Of a stretch of DNA of 64,000 bases, positions 51,230-64,000 are shown piece by piece. The notes beneath the pieces were generated by a model. It did no database searches. It saw only the letters and a list, made by a program, of their open reading frames with translations, and had not been told where the DNA came from. A program made the translations under genes and the position numbers. Each line of letters opens with the position of its first letter. Within the stretch, counting starts at the first letter, position 1. Source of the DNA: Cetorhinus maximus (Eukaryota); NCBI RefSeq assembly GCF_964194155.1, contig NC_135884.1, forward strand, positions 100,502,001-100,566,000, in the 5' to 3' direction.

Positions 51230-51550
51230 CCTGGTAATGCAGTATTTATTCCTTGTCTCTTTGTCCTGAGGGCATCAAGTAAAGCATGTAGCGTGGGACT
51301 GGTGCCATATGTAGATGCTCTCTCTTCAGTTACCATGCCCTAAGAGGGTGATGGCACGGACGTCCATGTAGACTAGACTAGATGCAAATGGTAGATTATA
51401 TTCCCTGAAGGACATTGGTGTATCAGTTGGTTTTTTACATCAATAAGACAGCTTTATGGTCAACGATTTGCCAGATTTATTGCATTCAGTTTCAAAGTTT
51501 GCCATGGTTTAATTTGAACACATGGGGCACTTGTCCAGTACCAGAACACT
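51230..51550 (-). mobile_element. tRNA-derived SINE (family C), degenerate
   Basis: ttccctgaaggacattggtgtatcagttggtttttt is the reverse complement of the central domain at 61900-61945. Confidence 0.6.
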
Positions 51551-52754
51551 TGATGCTTTTACCCTAACCTTGACTTCAGACCCAACATCCTATTCTTCAG
51601 AAAGGCTGTCTGTTTCCACCTGTGTAACATCACTCGCCTCCACCCGTGCCTTACCATGACTGAAATCCACATACGTGCTTCTTCTCGGGTTCTGGCTCAG
51701 TTAAGCCCAACACACCCTGGCATTGATCCCATCCAAAAAGCTATAGTACATATCCTGTCCTGTACTAAACCCGCCTTGCCTGTCTCCTCGCCCACTGGCA
51801 TCCCATCATGCAAAGTCAAAATTTTAATAAATTTAAATTCTTTCACCCTACTCTGCAGCTCCCTAGTGAACTGTTTTTTTTTTGTCCTTCCTGAAAAGTT
51901 CCTGGTCAATATGGCAGGGAAATAACTAGGTCTGCTGATTGCCCTGATGGGTGAACTGGCCAATATGATGCATGTGAGCAACTTTTGGAAATAGTCTTGT
52001 TGCTTCTCACCATCTCTGTACTGGTGTATCCAAAGTGGGAAGTTCTAGATGATCTAAGACGTAATCTTGATTCATGGTGCAGTTAACACATAGCAAAGCT
52101 TTACAGAAAACTGGAGTAGAACTGTCATCAGACATCAGAATCTCTGTAGCCCATAAAGATAGGTTTGAACATTTGTAAGCAGAGGTGAGACTCAATGCCA
52201 ACTATTCATTTCTAACATATTTTACCATTTTCCACCCTGTTGTCAGTGATGATGTCAGCTGCCATGGATCCTTCCCAAGGTTGAGTTAAGTTAACCACAA
52301 GGTTCAAAACTAGCAGCTAGTCATAAGGAAGAAAATTATTTAAGAAAATGTCTTCCTGCACCATGCTTTGGAGATACTTTTCAATATGGGATCTTAGTGC
52401 AATTTCTTTGGCAAAGTGGAGGGACTGTCATTCTTGGGCTGCCCAGATCTGCATTGCACAAATGTCTGGGAGCAGGTCTCTTGCCTGTAATTTGTGCATG
52501 GCCTAGATGTGTGTGTTTTTTTAAACTAAACCCTGATGATCAGTGTTTAATGACCTATCTTTTGAACCTATTTCTTGAGTTCAGATGTGAAGTAATTTTA
52601 GTCTGTGTTTTAGGAAGTGACTTCACCTTACAGCCCTGTTTATTTTTCTCTTTACAGCATGTACAGAATTACAGCCTGCTCTAAATCTGGAGAGGTGATC
52701 TGCTTCCACTTTCCTATGAAACTTTGTTGCCATAGAAACAAACAGAGTGGAAAA

Positions 52755-53007
52755 ATGCTCCCAGGGGTCGGTGTGTTTGGGACAGGCACCACTGCACGGG
52801 TTTTGGTGCCACTGTTGCGTGCTGAAGGCTTTACCATTGAGGCACTCTGGGGAAGAACGGAAGAAGAGGCCAAGCAGCTGGCAGAGGAAATGAACATTTC
52901 ATTCTACACAAGCCGGACTGATGATGTTTTGCTCCACCAGGATGTGGATCTTATCTGCATCAATATTCCTCCCCCTCTCACATGCCAGATTGCTGCTAAA
53001 GCGTTAG
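52755..53007 (+). CDS. GFOD2: GFOD2 first coding exon (exon 52658-53007), Gfo/Idh/MocA Rossmann fold N-terminus
   Basis: tttacag acceptor at 52657 and G|gtacag donor. [66 protein letters not shown] has GFOD2-type rather than GFOD1-type residues; adjacent to RANBP10 as in human. Confidence 0.93.
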
Positions 53008-56000
53008 GTACAGTATTTCCTTTCTCTGATTACTATAAGCAGGATCCTGATGTCTTATGATGCTATCTTGAGATTTTAAAGACTCCTCACTAAAGAACTC
53101 TTCTGTGTATGCTAATTATGTGAATAAAGCAGTGAGTTGAAATGTTAATAAAGAGCTAAATTTTAAAAACGCTATGTTTCTTTAGGAATTGAGGCTCCTT
53201 TTCTGATCAGAAAATGGTGGGCTGGTGGCAAGTTGTCTGCTCCTGTGTTGCTGGCAAGATCACCTTAGTAAAACGAACCGTTCATTGTCCCATCCTCTGT
53301 GGTAACATGATTGGCCTGTACAACCTGACAACCTATTGTGAAAGCGGAGTCCATCTGCTTTTTTTGTGACACTGATTTTTTTGAACTTCAGTACAAATTA
53401 AATCTCAGGTTCAAATGTTTCAGATAATTCTGATACACATTAAAGGTAACTTTATAACTTGTATTAACTTTATTGATCATAACGACGTTGCAGATGTAAC
53501 CTTTTGCTATAAGGCTGTTAGAATATTCTTATCAACAGATGAATGCAACTACATTAGGCTAGCTAATTTTTTTTATTTCTGTATTGCATCAATTTTTAAA
53601 TCTTGATATAAATTTTCCTTGATTGCAAAAAGCCCATTGCACACAGTCACTGTGGTTTTTAAAAAATTATTTTCCTAGGATGTAATGCAGTCAATGTCAT
53701 CTTTCTGTTAACAGCAGCAAAAAAAAAATCAATTGGCCAGTGAAGTTTTTTTATGGGTGGCCAGCTTCCCAACTGGTGAACAATGAACTGTAGAACACAA
53801 TGAACTGTAGAACATCGGCACGGAACCTTGTAAAATTGACTGTCAAATATTAAATTAGGCAAACTATGCAGGAACTGTCTGAACTGATAGAAACAGTAAC
53901 ATTTTTCCTCTACTAAATCTGCTTTATTGCAAAGCTAAGCTACAAATGTGAACAATATTTCTACCAGACAGACAGAAAGCTAATTTGGTGAACACGTTTC
54001 TATTGTAAAGGTTCCACACTTAATTTTCAACTGAGGACCGTTCATTTGTTAGGGTTGCTAGTTATATGTAGCAGCTTAGGATTTATTTAAATCCATTGTA
54101 GTTCCTGGCATTGTTCAGTTCCCCTGTGTAAAGAGATCACAGGAAGATTGACCTTTCACATGTGCAAAAGAATATACTTGCCTCCTGATAGCTTCAACCA
54201 GTTGTATGGACATTTTAGACTGGAAGCAAATTCTTCTAAGCTGTGTAGTGGAGGAAACCTTTGCTCCAAAGAGCTTCCTGGAAATTCATCATCTTGTGTG
54301 TAGACAGCATTGTTATGAATGACCACCTGGATGAGGTACCAGAGAGCTATGAAACTGTACCTCCAGCATGAATTGCCAATTGAGGAGATGAAGGAAGGGG
54401 AAGAGAGAAACAGTCATATTCTCTGTTCTCTTCTGAGAGTTCCCCTACTAGTATTACTAATTTCTGTAATAAATAAAATTATATACCAAACCTCCACTAC
54501 TATAAGATAAAAGTTTAGATCAGCGTAACATGATACTAGAATATGTACATTATGTAAATAGGGGAAGTTGTTGGATATGATTTTTCTACTTCTGAAAACT
54601 TGTATTGTTTGAGTTATGCAAACTTCTGGAATAAACATCATATTCAATAACTTCCTGTGCAATGTCCTTTGAGGATAAGTCCATTGCTTTCCTTAAATGA
54701 GAGGCTGATATATTTCTGTAGACTTTTGGCTTGTAAAGACAATACAGATGAAATTTTTGGGGTGGGTCTTTGAGCTAAGTGTTGTGGATTCAAAGACATA
54801 TTGTAGAATATCTGTACTTCACTGATTTCCCAGGCAAAGATAAATTACCTTGTTTCTTTGGCAACCAGTTGCACTGAGTTTATTGCTAAACTGAGGAAAT
54901 AGCCAGACAGGAAGCTGGAGCAGTAGGCATACCCTGAACATAAGTGCACTGTGATCATGTGTAAACATGTTATCTTTATGCATACTGCAGCATTAAAAAC
55001 ACACTGGGGATTTTGGATATTTTAAAGTCTGATTGTGGTAATTGTGTAGATGACTCCAGTAAATGAATAGATTCTTTTGTAATTTAGATCCTTTGTTTTT
55101 TCCCTTCTGACACTGCTAAATGAATTCAATCTGTAAATACCTTTTACGATAAGTATTCAACCACAGTGGTTATACTTTCAAATTTTGAGGTTGTCAAGAA
55201 TGGACCATAATTTTCTGTCAAAATAATGGTGGGACTGAGAGCATTTGCTATTATTTATGTGCCAATGCTGCAGCAACTTCAGACAAGGGCAGATGCTTGG
55301 TTAAACAGGGAAATCCAAGATGTGTTGTTCCGCTATTAACATCACGAAAATGGCATTTTGCTGCCTGCCTCATGATTGAAATCCATTTAGTGGCATGAAG
55401 TTGCTGTATTTGCATGGTAGATACAAACTAACCTTTCCACAGAAGTTCTTGTCCATTTAAGTCTAAGCACCTATAATAATGTGACAAATGTTAATTACTA
55501 TCAAACAATTTATGTGGGATCTCATTCCTTTGGGTTTCATTTGTTATAGATTTTAAAAATGTAAAATTAAGTTTTTAATTTTCCTTTTTGTCTTTTTCTT
55601 CTCTCAACCCAATATTTATTTTCGCATCATTTCTCTTTCTGTACCAGATTTGACAGTGAATTCGCCCACTCTATTTTACACATTCTACTCCGTCTTTGTG
55701 TTACTAGTTTCATGGTTCTTCAATCTGATTGGTTAAGGAGATATATAATTGCTTGCCCAGGTTCCCAGGTTCATGGTTTCCCTAGCTACATTATCAGCTC
55801 CTCCCTTAAACTTTCTGAGCAAAATATCATTGAGGTTAAATGGATAAGCCTAACGATGGTTACTATTCATGGCCCTGCTCTGGCAGATATTGCAGACAAT
55901 TCTTTATCTTAGCATCCACAGAAATATTTCTTTAATTTATGACTTATGTCTAACTTCTGCTCTTTTCTGAACAGCAAGTTTTTGCCTCTGCTTTTGTTTT

Positions 56001-56602
56001 GAATATGGAGTCTAGCATTTGCCTGATTTTATAACTAAAATGTTTGTGCGTGTATTTAAGTGAATGCTTGAAATCTCTCCTGGTCCCACAGTTCCTACAG
56101 GCAGCATTGAGACAAGCTCTATATTAATGTGATCAGACCCAATCTCACCGACTGGCAGGCAGAAAAAAACATTAGAAATTGCCAATGGTGTAAAGTGCTT
56201 GAGATTGACCCATTTTGATTTGTTTGTACACATAAAACATGTTTCTCTGCAGTTAAATTAGGGTTGAGCAACAATACTTTTCAACTCTAGAACATTAATG
56301 TTTAAGAAATTAACATTTAAAAGTCTTGTGTTTTCATGTTTAGCTCAGGGTCTGGAATGTCATTTCTCATGTCAGCTGTACTCCTACTGCAACTTAAAGA
56401 CAGAAGCCATTTGCCCATTGCTGTTAAACAACAAATTCACTGAAGTGAAATATGTTGTGACTGATGAGATTAAAATGCTGCATGCTTTTTACCAATGTTG
56501 AAAGATGCAACCCTAGTAGAAATAATTGTAATATTATTTATCTACTACTTTATAATACTTAGGGTTACAATTAAAGTTCATGAAACAATGACTTCTGAAT
56601 AA

Positions 56603-57398
56603 TTTTTTTTATTCATTCACTGGATGTGGGCTTCACTGGCTGGGCCAGCATTTACTGCCCATCTATAGTTTCCCTTGAGAAGGTGGTGGTGAGCTGCCTT
56701 CTTGAACCACTGCAGTCCCTGTGCTGTAGGTACACCCACAGTGCTGTTAGGAAGGGAGTTCCAGGATTTTGACCCAGCGACAGTGAAGGAACGGCAATAT
56801 ATTTCCAAGTCAGGATGGTGAGTGACTTGGACGGGAACTTCTAGGTAGTGGTGTTCCCATCTATCTGCTGCCCTTGTCCTTCTAGATGGTAGTGGCTGTG
56901 GGTTTGGAAGGTGCTGTCTAAGGAGCCTTGGTGAATTCCTGCAGTGCATCTTGTAGATGATGTACACTGCTGCCACTGTATGTCAGTGGTGGAGGGAATG
57001 AATGAATGTTTGTGGATGTTGTGCCAATCAAGTGGGTGCTTTGTCCTGGACAGTGTCAAGCTCCTTGAGTGTTGTGGGAGCTGCACTCATCCAGGCAAGT
57101 AGAGAGTATCCCATCACACTTCTGACTTGTGCCTTGTAGATGGTGGGCAGGCCTTGAGGAGTCAGGAGGTGAGTTGCAGGATTCCTTGTCTCTGACCTGC
57201 TCTTGTAGCCACAGTATTTATAATGGTAACCCCCAGGATAGTGGGGGATTCAGTGATGGTAATGCCTCTGACCGTCAAGGGGTGATGGTTAGATTCTCTC
57301 TTGTTGGAGATGGTCATTGCCTGGCACTCGTGTGGTGCGAGTGTTACTTGCCAGTTGTCAGCCCAAACTGGGATTTGGACATGGACTGCTTCAGTATG
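56603..57398 (-). mobile_element. Family B LINE 3' fragment
   Basis: Same C-terminus and tail as 21310-22140. Confidence 0.85.
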
Positions 57399-58284
57399 TA
57401 TATGAATTTATTTTTTGCTAAAGATATTATGCTTAATATGCAAGCAGTTTATTGTTCTATTCCATTCCCAAAGCATTCACAGTTAATATTTTTTTTGAAG
57501 CTTTTACCATAATAGCACTGTATCCAGCAGTTTCTCACTATCTGGTCTCCAGTGACCAGCACGTTGAATAGGTTGTCACGTTCTGCATCTGCCTGACTGT
57601 GGTTAGACCTATGAAATCTGCATCAGTGTTTCTTACATGTTATGTTTCGGCATTGGTCCAGTTCATTGATGCAGAGAAAAAAGTTAGCTCAATATTGTTA
57701 TTTTAAAGCTATGACTTTAAAACGTCAGGAAAGATGGGTTTTTTGTTTCTCATGTCAGTCAATATTTCTAGTGATTTCGCTTTCAGAATTGTGATAAATG
57801 TTTTTAGCTTTATGTACTAATTAAATGAAAGAAAATGGCAGCCAAAAACCAATGTGAATAAACTATTTAATCGTGTTTTTTATGGAAATTATTGGTTTTA
57901 GATTGCTGAGTTTGAAAAAAGGCACATTTAGGTGATTTTTGTGGTTCATTGTTTATTACTGTTTAATGAATCAAATTAACTTTTGATTTCTTTAGCTTAA
58001 ATATCAAGTTCAGTTGAGTAAATGCAACCAACATGGTTAACTTAAGTTTAAAAGTCTTGCATCTAGCCCTCACCTATAAGCTCTCATCCGTCAATATATT
58101 GCACCGCAAAACAACCATGCACAGTGATGCAGCTGTCATGTGGCACTTTTAAAGTGGGATACTTTCGAGGCGTGACTTTACCTTCATGTTCTACAGATGC
58201 ATCTGCGGCAGGTGGATTGGTGGGGGCAGGGTCAAGTGGGTTTTTCCCTCTTGGGTCCTTCATCACCTAATGCAGGCCCAATCT

Positions 58285-58757
58285 GGCTGTAGTTGCTGGA
58301 GGCCAATCATCTCAGCCCCAAGACATTGCTGCAGGGTAGAGTCCTAGGCCCAACCATCTTCAGCTGCTTCAACAATGACCTTCCCTCCATTATTAGATCA
58401 GAAGTGGGGATGTTCATCATTTTACATCCAGTTTGAAAGGGAGAAGAGTGGGTCTAAGACTAATATTTTAAACTTAAATAAGGGCAACTATGTGGACATG
58501 AAAGCTGAGGTAGCTGAAGTGAACTGGGATACTAGGCTAGGGGATAGATCAGTAGAGAAGCAGTGGCACACATTTATGGGACATTTCAGAATACTCAGAA
58601 TAGGTATATTCCTACTATAAAGAAAAATTCTAAGGAGAGGACCCACCATCCGTGGATAACTAAAGAAGTTAAGGAAAGCATCAAACTTAAGGAAAAAGCA
58701 TATGACCGCACAAAGATGAGCGGCAGGTCAGAATATAAAGAATGGCAGAGAATGAGG
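58285..58757 (+). mobile_element. Abutting internal fragments of family B LINE (58285-58415) and CR1 ORF2 (58420-58757)
   Basis: ggaggccaatcatctcagccccaagacattgctgcagg...; FYIQFEREKSGSKTNILNLNKGNY, HPWITKEVKESIKLKEKAY. Confidence 0.7.
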
Positions 58758-59990
58758 CAGTGGTGAAATCGGGCAACGTTACAAAGGTGATGGTGTGGCG
58801 ATGTGGTTAAAAGCTCATGTCAGGGTCAAATATGACACTGAGATTTGAACAGTCTAAGACAGTTCAGAGCATGCAGCAAAGACAATGGTTTCAGTCTTTG
58901 CCACTATTGGAGGAAATTTCTGCTCATTCAGTACTGGCTGGTGGACAAGTACTCTGCTAATTTAGAGACAGTGGTGGGTTTGCGTGAGGTAATAGGTAAA
59001 GCTGGGTGCCAGTTTACATGTGAAAACTGTCATTGTGTTTTCGGATGATGCCGCCAAGGGACAGCATGTAGATAAGCAATAGGAGGGGGCTAGGGATAGA
59101 TCCTTCAGGACACCAGAGGTATCTGTAGGTGAATGGAAACAGAAAGCATTGATGGCAGTTTTCTGGCTAGGATTAAATAGATGAGAATGAAACCAGCTGA
59201 GTGCAGTCCCACCCAGCTGGGTGACAACACCGAGAGGCACTGGAGGAGGATGCTGTGATCAACTGTGTCAGAGGCTGCAGACAAGCCATGAAGGGCAAGG
59301 AGGGATAGTTTGAATTAATTGCAGTCACGTGGGCTGTCATTTGTACTGTCAGAGGTGGAAATCTGGGGGGTGGGGAGGATTCAAACATGGAGTTCTGGGA
59401 AAGATGGGCATGAATTTAGGAGACAGTAACATGTTTAAGAATTTTGGAGAGGAAGAGTGGTTGGGGAAGGGGCAGTAGTTTGCAAGCGTGGGTGGATTAA
59501 GGGTCTTTTATTCGAGGAGAGAGGTGATGACTGCAGATTTGAAAGGGAGAAGGACAGAACCTGAGGAAAGAGAACCATTAGCAATGTCAGCTAGCATGGG
59601 AGCCAGGAAGAGCAGTTTGAGTTGTTAGTAGTTTCGTGGCAATAAAGAGAGCAGAAGGTGGGTCTGTTGGACAAGCTAAGTGAGAGAGGCATATGGGGAA
59701 ATGGGAGGGAAGCTAGAGAAAGGTACAAGTTCAGGGTAGGTCTGTGAGGGGAATTTCGGAGGATGTTCGGCCTGGTGGACTGGGAAAGGGAGAGAAGTGA
59801 CAATGGCAGTTGATCGGATGGTCTCAATTTCTGTGCCCCAAGAAATCCATGAGCTCCTTGCAACATTTTATTGGTGAGGGTGGACAAGGCAGGGCAAAAG
59901 GGTTTAAAAAGACATCTTGCAGTAGAGAAAAGAAGCCAGACATTACTTTTGCAGACAAGGGCAGAACTTGTCAGTGCTTTGTGGTCCATC
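58757..59990 (-). mobile_element. L2 LINE ORF2 relic
   Basis: Minus-strand GTALSWFHSHL..., GVLKD remnants; shares sequence with 23140-23180 and 24057-24115. Confidence 0.7.
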
Positions 59991-61764
59991 CAAAACTAGC
60001 AGTGTATCAATTGTCTGATATATCCATTCCAATATGCATCCCTTGGACTTAAAGGAGTGGAGATGAGGTCTGTACTGGGAGAATGACAAAGGTGAGAGAG
60101 AGTAATGGTTTTCATGAGGATAAAGACATCAAAGGTGAAGCGAGAGGGTGGCTGAGCAGATCAGCTGCAGAAATGTTGTGGCAAGCAAGAAGGCCAAAGG
60201 CTAGAAGATTGGGATTTTGAATGAAGTTTTAAGTGAATTGGGAGACTTTTTCCAGGTCGGGTATAGAAGGAAATGTTAATTTGTTGCTGTTTCTAAGCAA
60301 GTTTTTCATTGGCTAATCAAAGCTCATTCAACTTGTACACTGCCTCTATTTTCCACTTTCTTGTTGAACTAAGAAACATTTGGATATCAGTAAGCCAGAA
60401 TGCATCCATTAAGTTGCCATTTAAACTTTTCATTTTAGAAAATTGCATTTGTGTAGCTATGTTTGACATGATGATGCATCTCAGAACACCTTGGGGGCAA
60501 AAAAAGGAAGGTGGAGAGAGCGGTGGAATTGCAGGGTTTTGGTAATGTGGGGAGAAAAGTAACAAGGCAGAGGGGTTTAGGATTGAAGTTTCAGAACTGA
60601 ATGTAGGCCTTAACCTGCATGAATATAGAAATGAGAGAGAATCTAAAGAAGGCCTGAATCAGAACAACAAGAGGCAAGTATTGGCATTGGGGGCCGGTGG
60701 AAGTGGAGAGAAACAAAATTATACAGGGATTTGTAAAACAAAATAAGGATTTTCAATTGAATCTCTTGGAAGATAGGGAGCAAATGAAGGCTTACAAGTG
60801 CAGGTGTAATTGAGGGGCAGAGTTAACTTGGGTAGGGATGCAAGTGGCCATGTTTTGGGTGAAGTTCAGAGGCTGATGAGGAAACAATGGAAAAGTTGAG
60901 CCAGGAGTTGAGAAATGTGTGGGTGAGGGTTTCAGCACTGGGGGAAGGTGATACTGCAGCAGAGTGGTATCTGTGATGAAGAGGATTTTGAGTTTGGTTT
61001 AGGTTAAGGAGGATACTGAATAATGCAACATCAGCCTCAGCCTGATCAAGCAATAAGTGAAAGGGAATTGAAGGTTTGGGTGTGGAATTCTTGGTGGCAG
61101 CCATGCATTATGGAGTCAGTCTTGCTGCTAAGTTGGGAAAAAAATTATCTTGTACCTTATTTGCAAATAAGGAGTGACCTTTGTAAATATTTAAACTTTG
61201 CTTTAATAAAAAGGAGCAGTTAATATTGGATGTTAAATTTTAACATTTTATTTACAGAAAGATTTTCTCATCAATCATGAATGTTAGGAAACCATACAGC
61301 ATTCCACATTTCCTAATATTTGTGTTAAGTGTCTAATTTTAAAGTCTCCTTGTATTTTTGTGGATTGACAGGATTTAATAGTTCTTAAAATTAAACCATT
61401 TCCTAAATAATTTGAATTGGTATTGCTGTTTGGGCTTTACTTGCAATATTAAAGTAAAATTTTAAAATAAATGGTTACGATAATCCAGAAGAAAAGTAAT
61501 TTTTTTTATAAAAGCACTGTCACTCTTATATACTTTTTTTATTTCATTGTTGGCAAAGGAGAGTGAGACTAATGGTTTGAACTATGCATAGTAGCACTGT
61601 CAATCTTTATTGATGCATTATGGAGGTAGACACGGAGAGAAAATAATGAAAAAGAACCTCTAAGCACATTACTGATTTAAGTCCTTTGATATCACTTGGA
61701 TTCTTCTAATCCATGCCTTATGTGTTTCCAGGGTGCATGATATCTATAGATATACGTATGAGAG

Positions 61765-62110
61765 ATATGGTAGCACAGTGGCTATGTTACTGGACTGGAT
61801 GATCCAGAGACATGAGTTTGATCAGTTAAATAATTAAATTAAATCTGGAATTTAAAAAAACTGTTATAAGTAACAGTGACCATAAGACTACTGGATTGTC
61901 ATAAAACCCATCTGATTCACTAATTACCTTTAGAGAAGGAAATCTGCCATCCTTGCCTGGTCTGGCATATCAGTGACTCCAGATCCACAGCAATATTGTT
62001 GACTCATAAATGCCCTCTGAAAGATTATTCAAGAAGTTGGCTCACCACCATCTTCTCAAAATTAGGGATTGGCAATAAATGCTGTCCTTGCCAGTTCCAT
62101 CCTTGATTGA
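61765..62110 (+). mobile_element. tRNA-derived SINE (family C) with family B LINE 3' tail
   Basis: Head tggtagcacagtggctatgttactggact; centre aaaacccatctgattcactaat..gaaggaaatctgccatcctt; tail ctcaccaccatcttctcaa..attagggattggcaataaatgctg. Confidence 0.75.
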
Positions 62111-62136
62111 ACAAAAGAAGTATTATTTCATATGTT

Positions 62137-63582
62137 ATAGCCATAGAACCATAAAACACAACAGCACAGAAAGCAGCCCATTCGGCCCTTCTAGTCTGTG
62201 CCGAAATATTATTCCGCTAGTCCCATTGACCTGCACCTAGTCCATAACCCTCCAGACCTCTCCCATCCATGTATCTATCCAATTTATTCTTAAAACTTAA
62301 GAGTGAGCCCGCATTTACTACGTCAGATGGTAGTTCGTTCCACACTCTCGCCACTCTCTGAGTGAAGAAGTTCCCCCTAATGTTCCCCCTAAACCTTTCC
62401 CCTTTCACCCTAAAGCCATGTCCTCTCGTGTTTAACTCTCCTAATCTAAGTGGAAAGAGCCTACTCGCATTTACTCTGTCTATACCCCTCATAATTTTGT
62501 AAACTTATATCAAATCTCCCCTCATCCTTCTATGCTCCAAGGAATAAAGTCCTAACCTGTTTAATCTTTTCCTGTAACTCAACTCCTTAAAACCCGGCAA
62601 CATCCTAGTAAATCTTCTCTGCACTCTCTCGATCTTACTGGTATCCTTCCTGTAGTTAGGCGACCAGAACTGCACACAATACTCCAAAGTTGGCCTCACC
62701 AATGTCTTAAACAACCTCACCATAACATCCCAACTCCTATACTCAATACTTTGATTTATGAAGGCCAATATGCCAAAAGCTTTCTTTACAACCCTGTCTA
62801 CCTGTGACGCCACTTTCAGGGAATTATGTATCTGAACTCCCAGATCCCTTTGTTCCTCCGCACTCCTCAGTGCCCTACCATTTACTGTGTATGTCCTACC
62901 TTGTTTTGTCCTTCCAAAATGCAACACCTCACACTTTTACGCATTAAATTCCATCTGCCATTTTCTGGCCCATTTTTCCAGTTGGTCCAGATTCCTCTGC
63001 AAGCTTTGAAAGCCTTCCTCGCTGTCCACAACACCTCCAATCTTAGTGTCATCAGCAAACTTGCTGATCCAATTTACCACATTATCATCCAAATCATTGA
63101 TATAGACAACAAACAACAATGGTCCCAGTACAGATCCCTGAGGCACACCACTAGTCACAGACCTCCAGTCTGAGAAGCAATCATCCACTACCGCTCTCTG
63201 TCTTCTCCCACACAGCCAATTTCGAATCCAGTTTACAACCTCTCCATGGATACCAAGTGTCTGAACCTTCTGAACTAACCTCCCATGTGGGTGGGACCTT
63301 GTCAAAGGCCTTACTAAAGTCGATGTAGACAACATCCACAGCCTTTCCTTCATCTACTTTCTTGGTAACCTCCTCGAAAAACTCTACAAGGTTCTTTAAA
63401 CACGACCTACCACGCACAAAGCCATGCTGACTATCCTTAATCAGCCCTTGGCTGTCCAAATAATTATATATCCGATCTCTCAGAACACCTTCCAATAATT
63501 TACCTATCACTAACGTCAGGCTCACTGGCCTGTAATTACCTGGTTTACTTTTGGAGCCTTTTTTAAACAATGGAACAACATG
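62137..63582 (-). mobile_element. Young 5'-truncated CR1 LINE (RT)
   Basis: NYRPVSLT, DFSKAFDKV, GVPQGSVLGPLLF, FADD, RPTLEYCVQFWSP; frameshift from a gtgg duplication near 63290. Confidence 0.92.
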
Positions 63583-64000
63583 TTTGAACATATTTAAATC
63601 AGGCTAATCAAATTAAATTTTGATCCCAAAATCCAATTCAAGCTTTTCACAAATAGGCCACAACTCCTGATTCCCTGCATCAACAAAGCCTGTCATTGAG
63701 GAGAACAGTTGCAACTAAGTCCTCACTTTTTCCTCTGCTTGAGGTGCAGGCACCTGGGCTTTGCATGGTATCTTCCTATAGCACCGCAGCTGAGATTGGC
63801 AACTGATTACTGGATGGATCCTTCAATGAAGTAGCATACTGTACTTTCATATGTCACTTAAGTAGTTTGGATAATGGGAGACCAAAGTCAGTGCACCAAC
63901 TTTTCATATTTACATTGCTAAAATTGGTTCTTATCCCATTGGTGGATTCATAGATCTATGAAAATGTGGTCTCCTGTCAGAATTAGAGAGCTTCTTTTAG

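Noticed and set aside
52755-53007. Assignment to GFOD1 (with RANBP9)
   Set aside because: Diagnostic residues ([31 protein letters not shown]) and the RANBP10-type C-terminus favour GFOD2/RANBP10.
53780-53813. 17-bp tandem duplication acaatgaactgtagaac x2 (similar case near 2943-2972)
   Set aside because: Ordinary slippage duplication in intronic DNA.
55210-55900. Possible old MITE-like element
   Set aside because: Could not define convincing TIRs or a TSD.

Overview
Vertebrate genomic DNA, most likely from a shark or other elasmobranch (inferred from the repeat families, not proven). Two host genes lie on the + strand in tandem. The first is the last three coding exons of RANBP10 (91-236, 3371-3482, 4766-4896), followed by a probably very long 3' UTR (to about 12.2 kb). 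The second is the 5' end of GFOD2: a CpG-rich NRF1/YY1/GC-box promoter at about 44.4-45.1 kb, a putative non-coding exon 1 ending at 44664, and coding exon 2 at 52658-53007. Most of the rest is transposon-derived: CR1 LINEs (one near-complete young copy nested in a Gmr1-type Gypsy element that has integrase upstream of RT and a tRNA-Pro PBS), a second CR1/L2-group LINE with a partner SINE, L2 relics, Deu-domain SINEs, Harbinger-like MITEs and Penelope-like elements. Three features not visible in the ORF track stand out. (i) Eight Penelope-type minimal hammerhead-ribozyme motifs or fragments, several with a non-canonical core position 6, compensatory stem changes and TSD-flanked micro-insertions. 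(ii) An intact Penelope GIY-YIG endonuclease frame fused to a host ATG directly beside the GFOD2 promoter, in divergent orientation. (iii) A 124-bp near-perfect palindrome in GFOD2 intron 1 that is part of a templated-insertion repair scar. All calls were made by eye; repeat boundaries are approximate unless a TSD is quoted.
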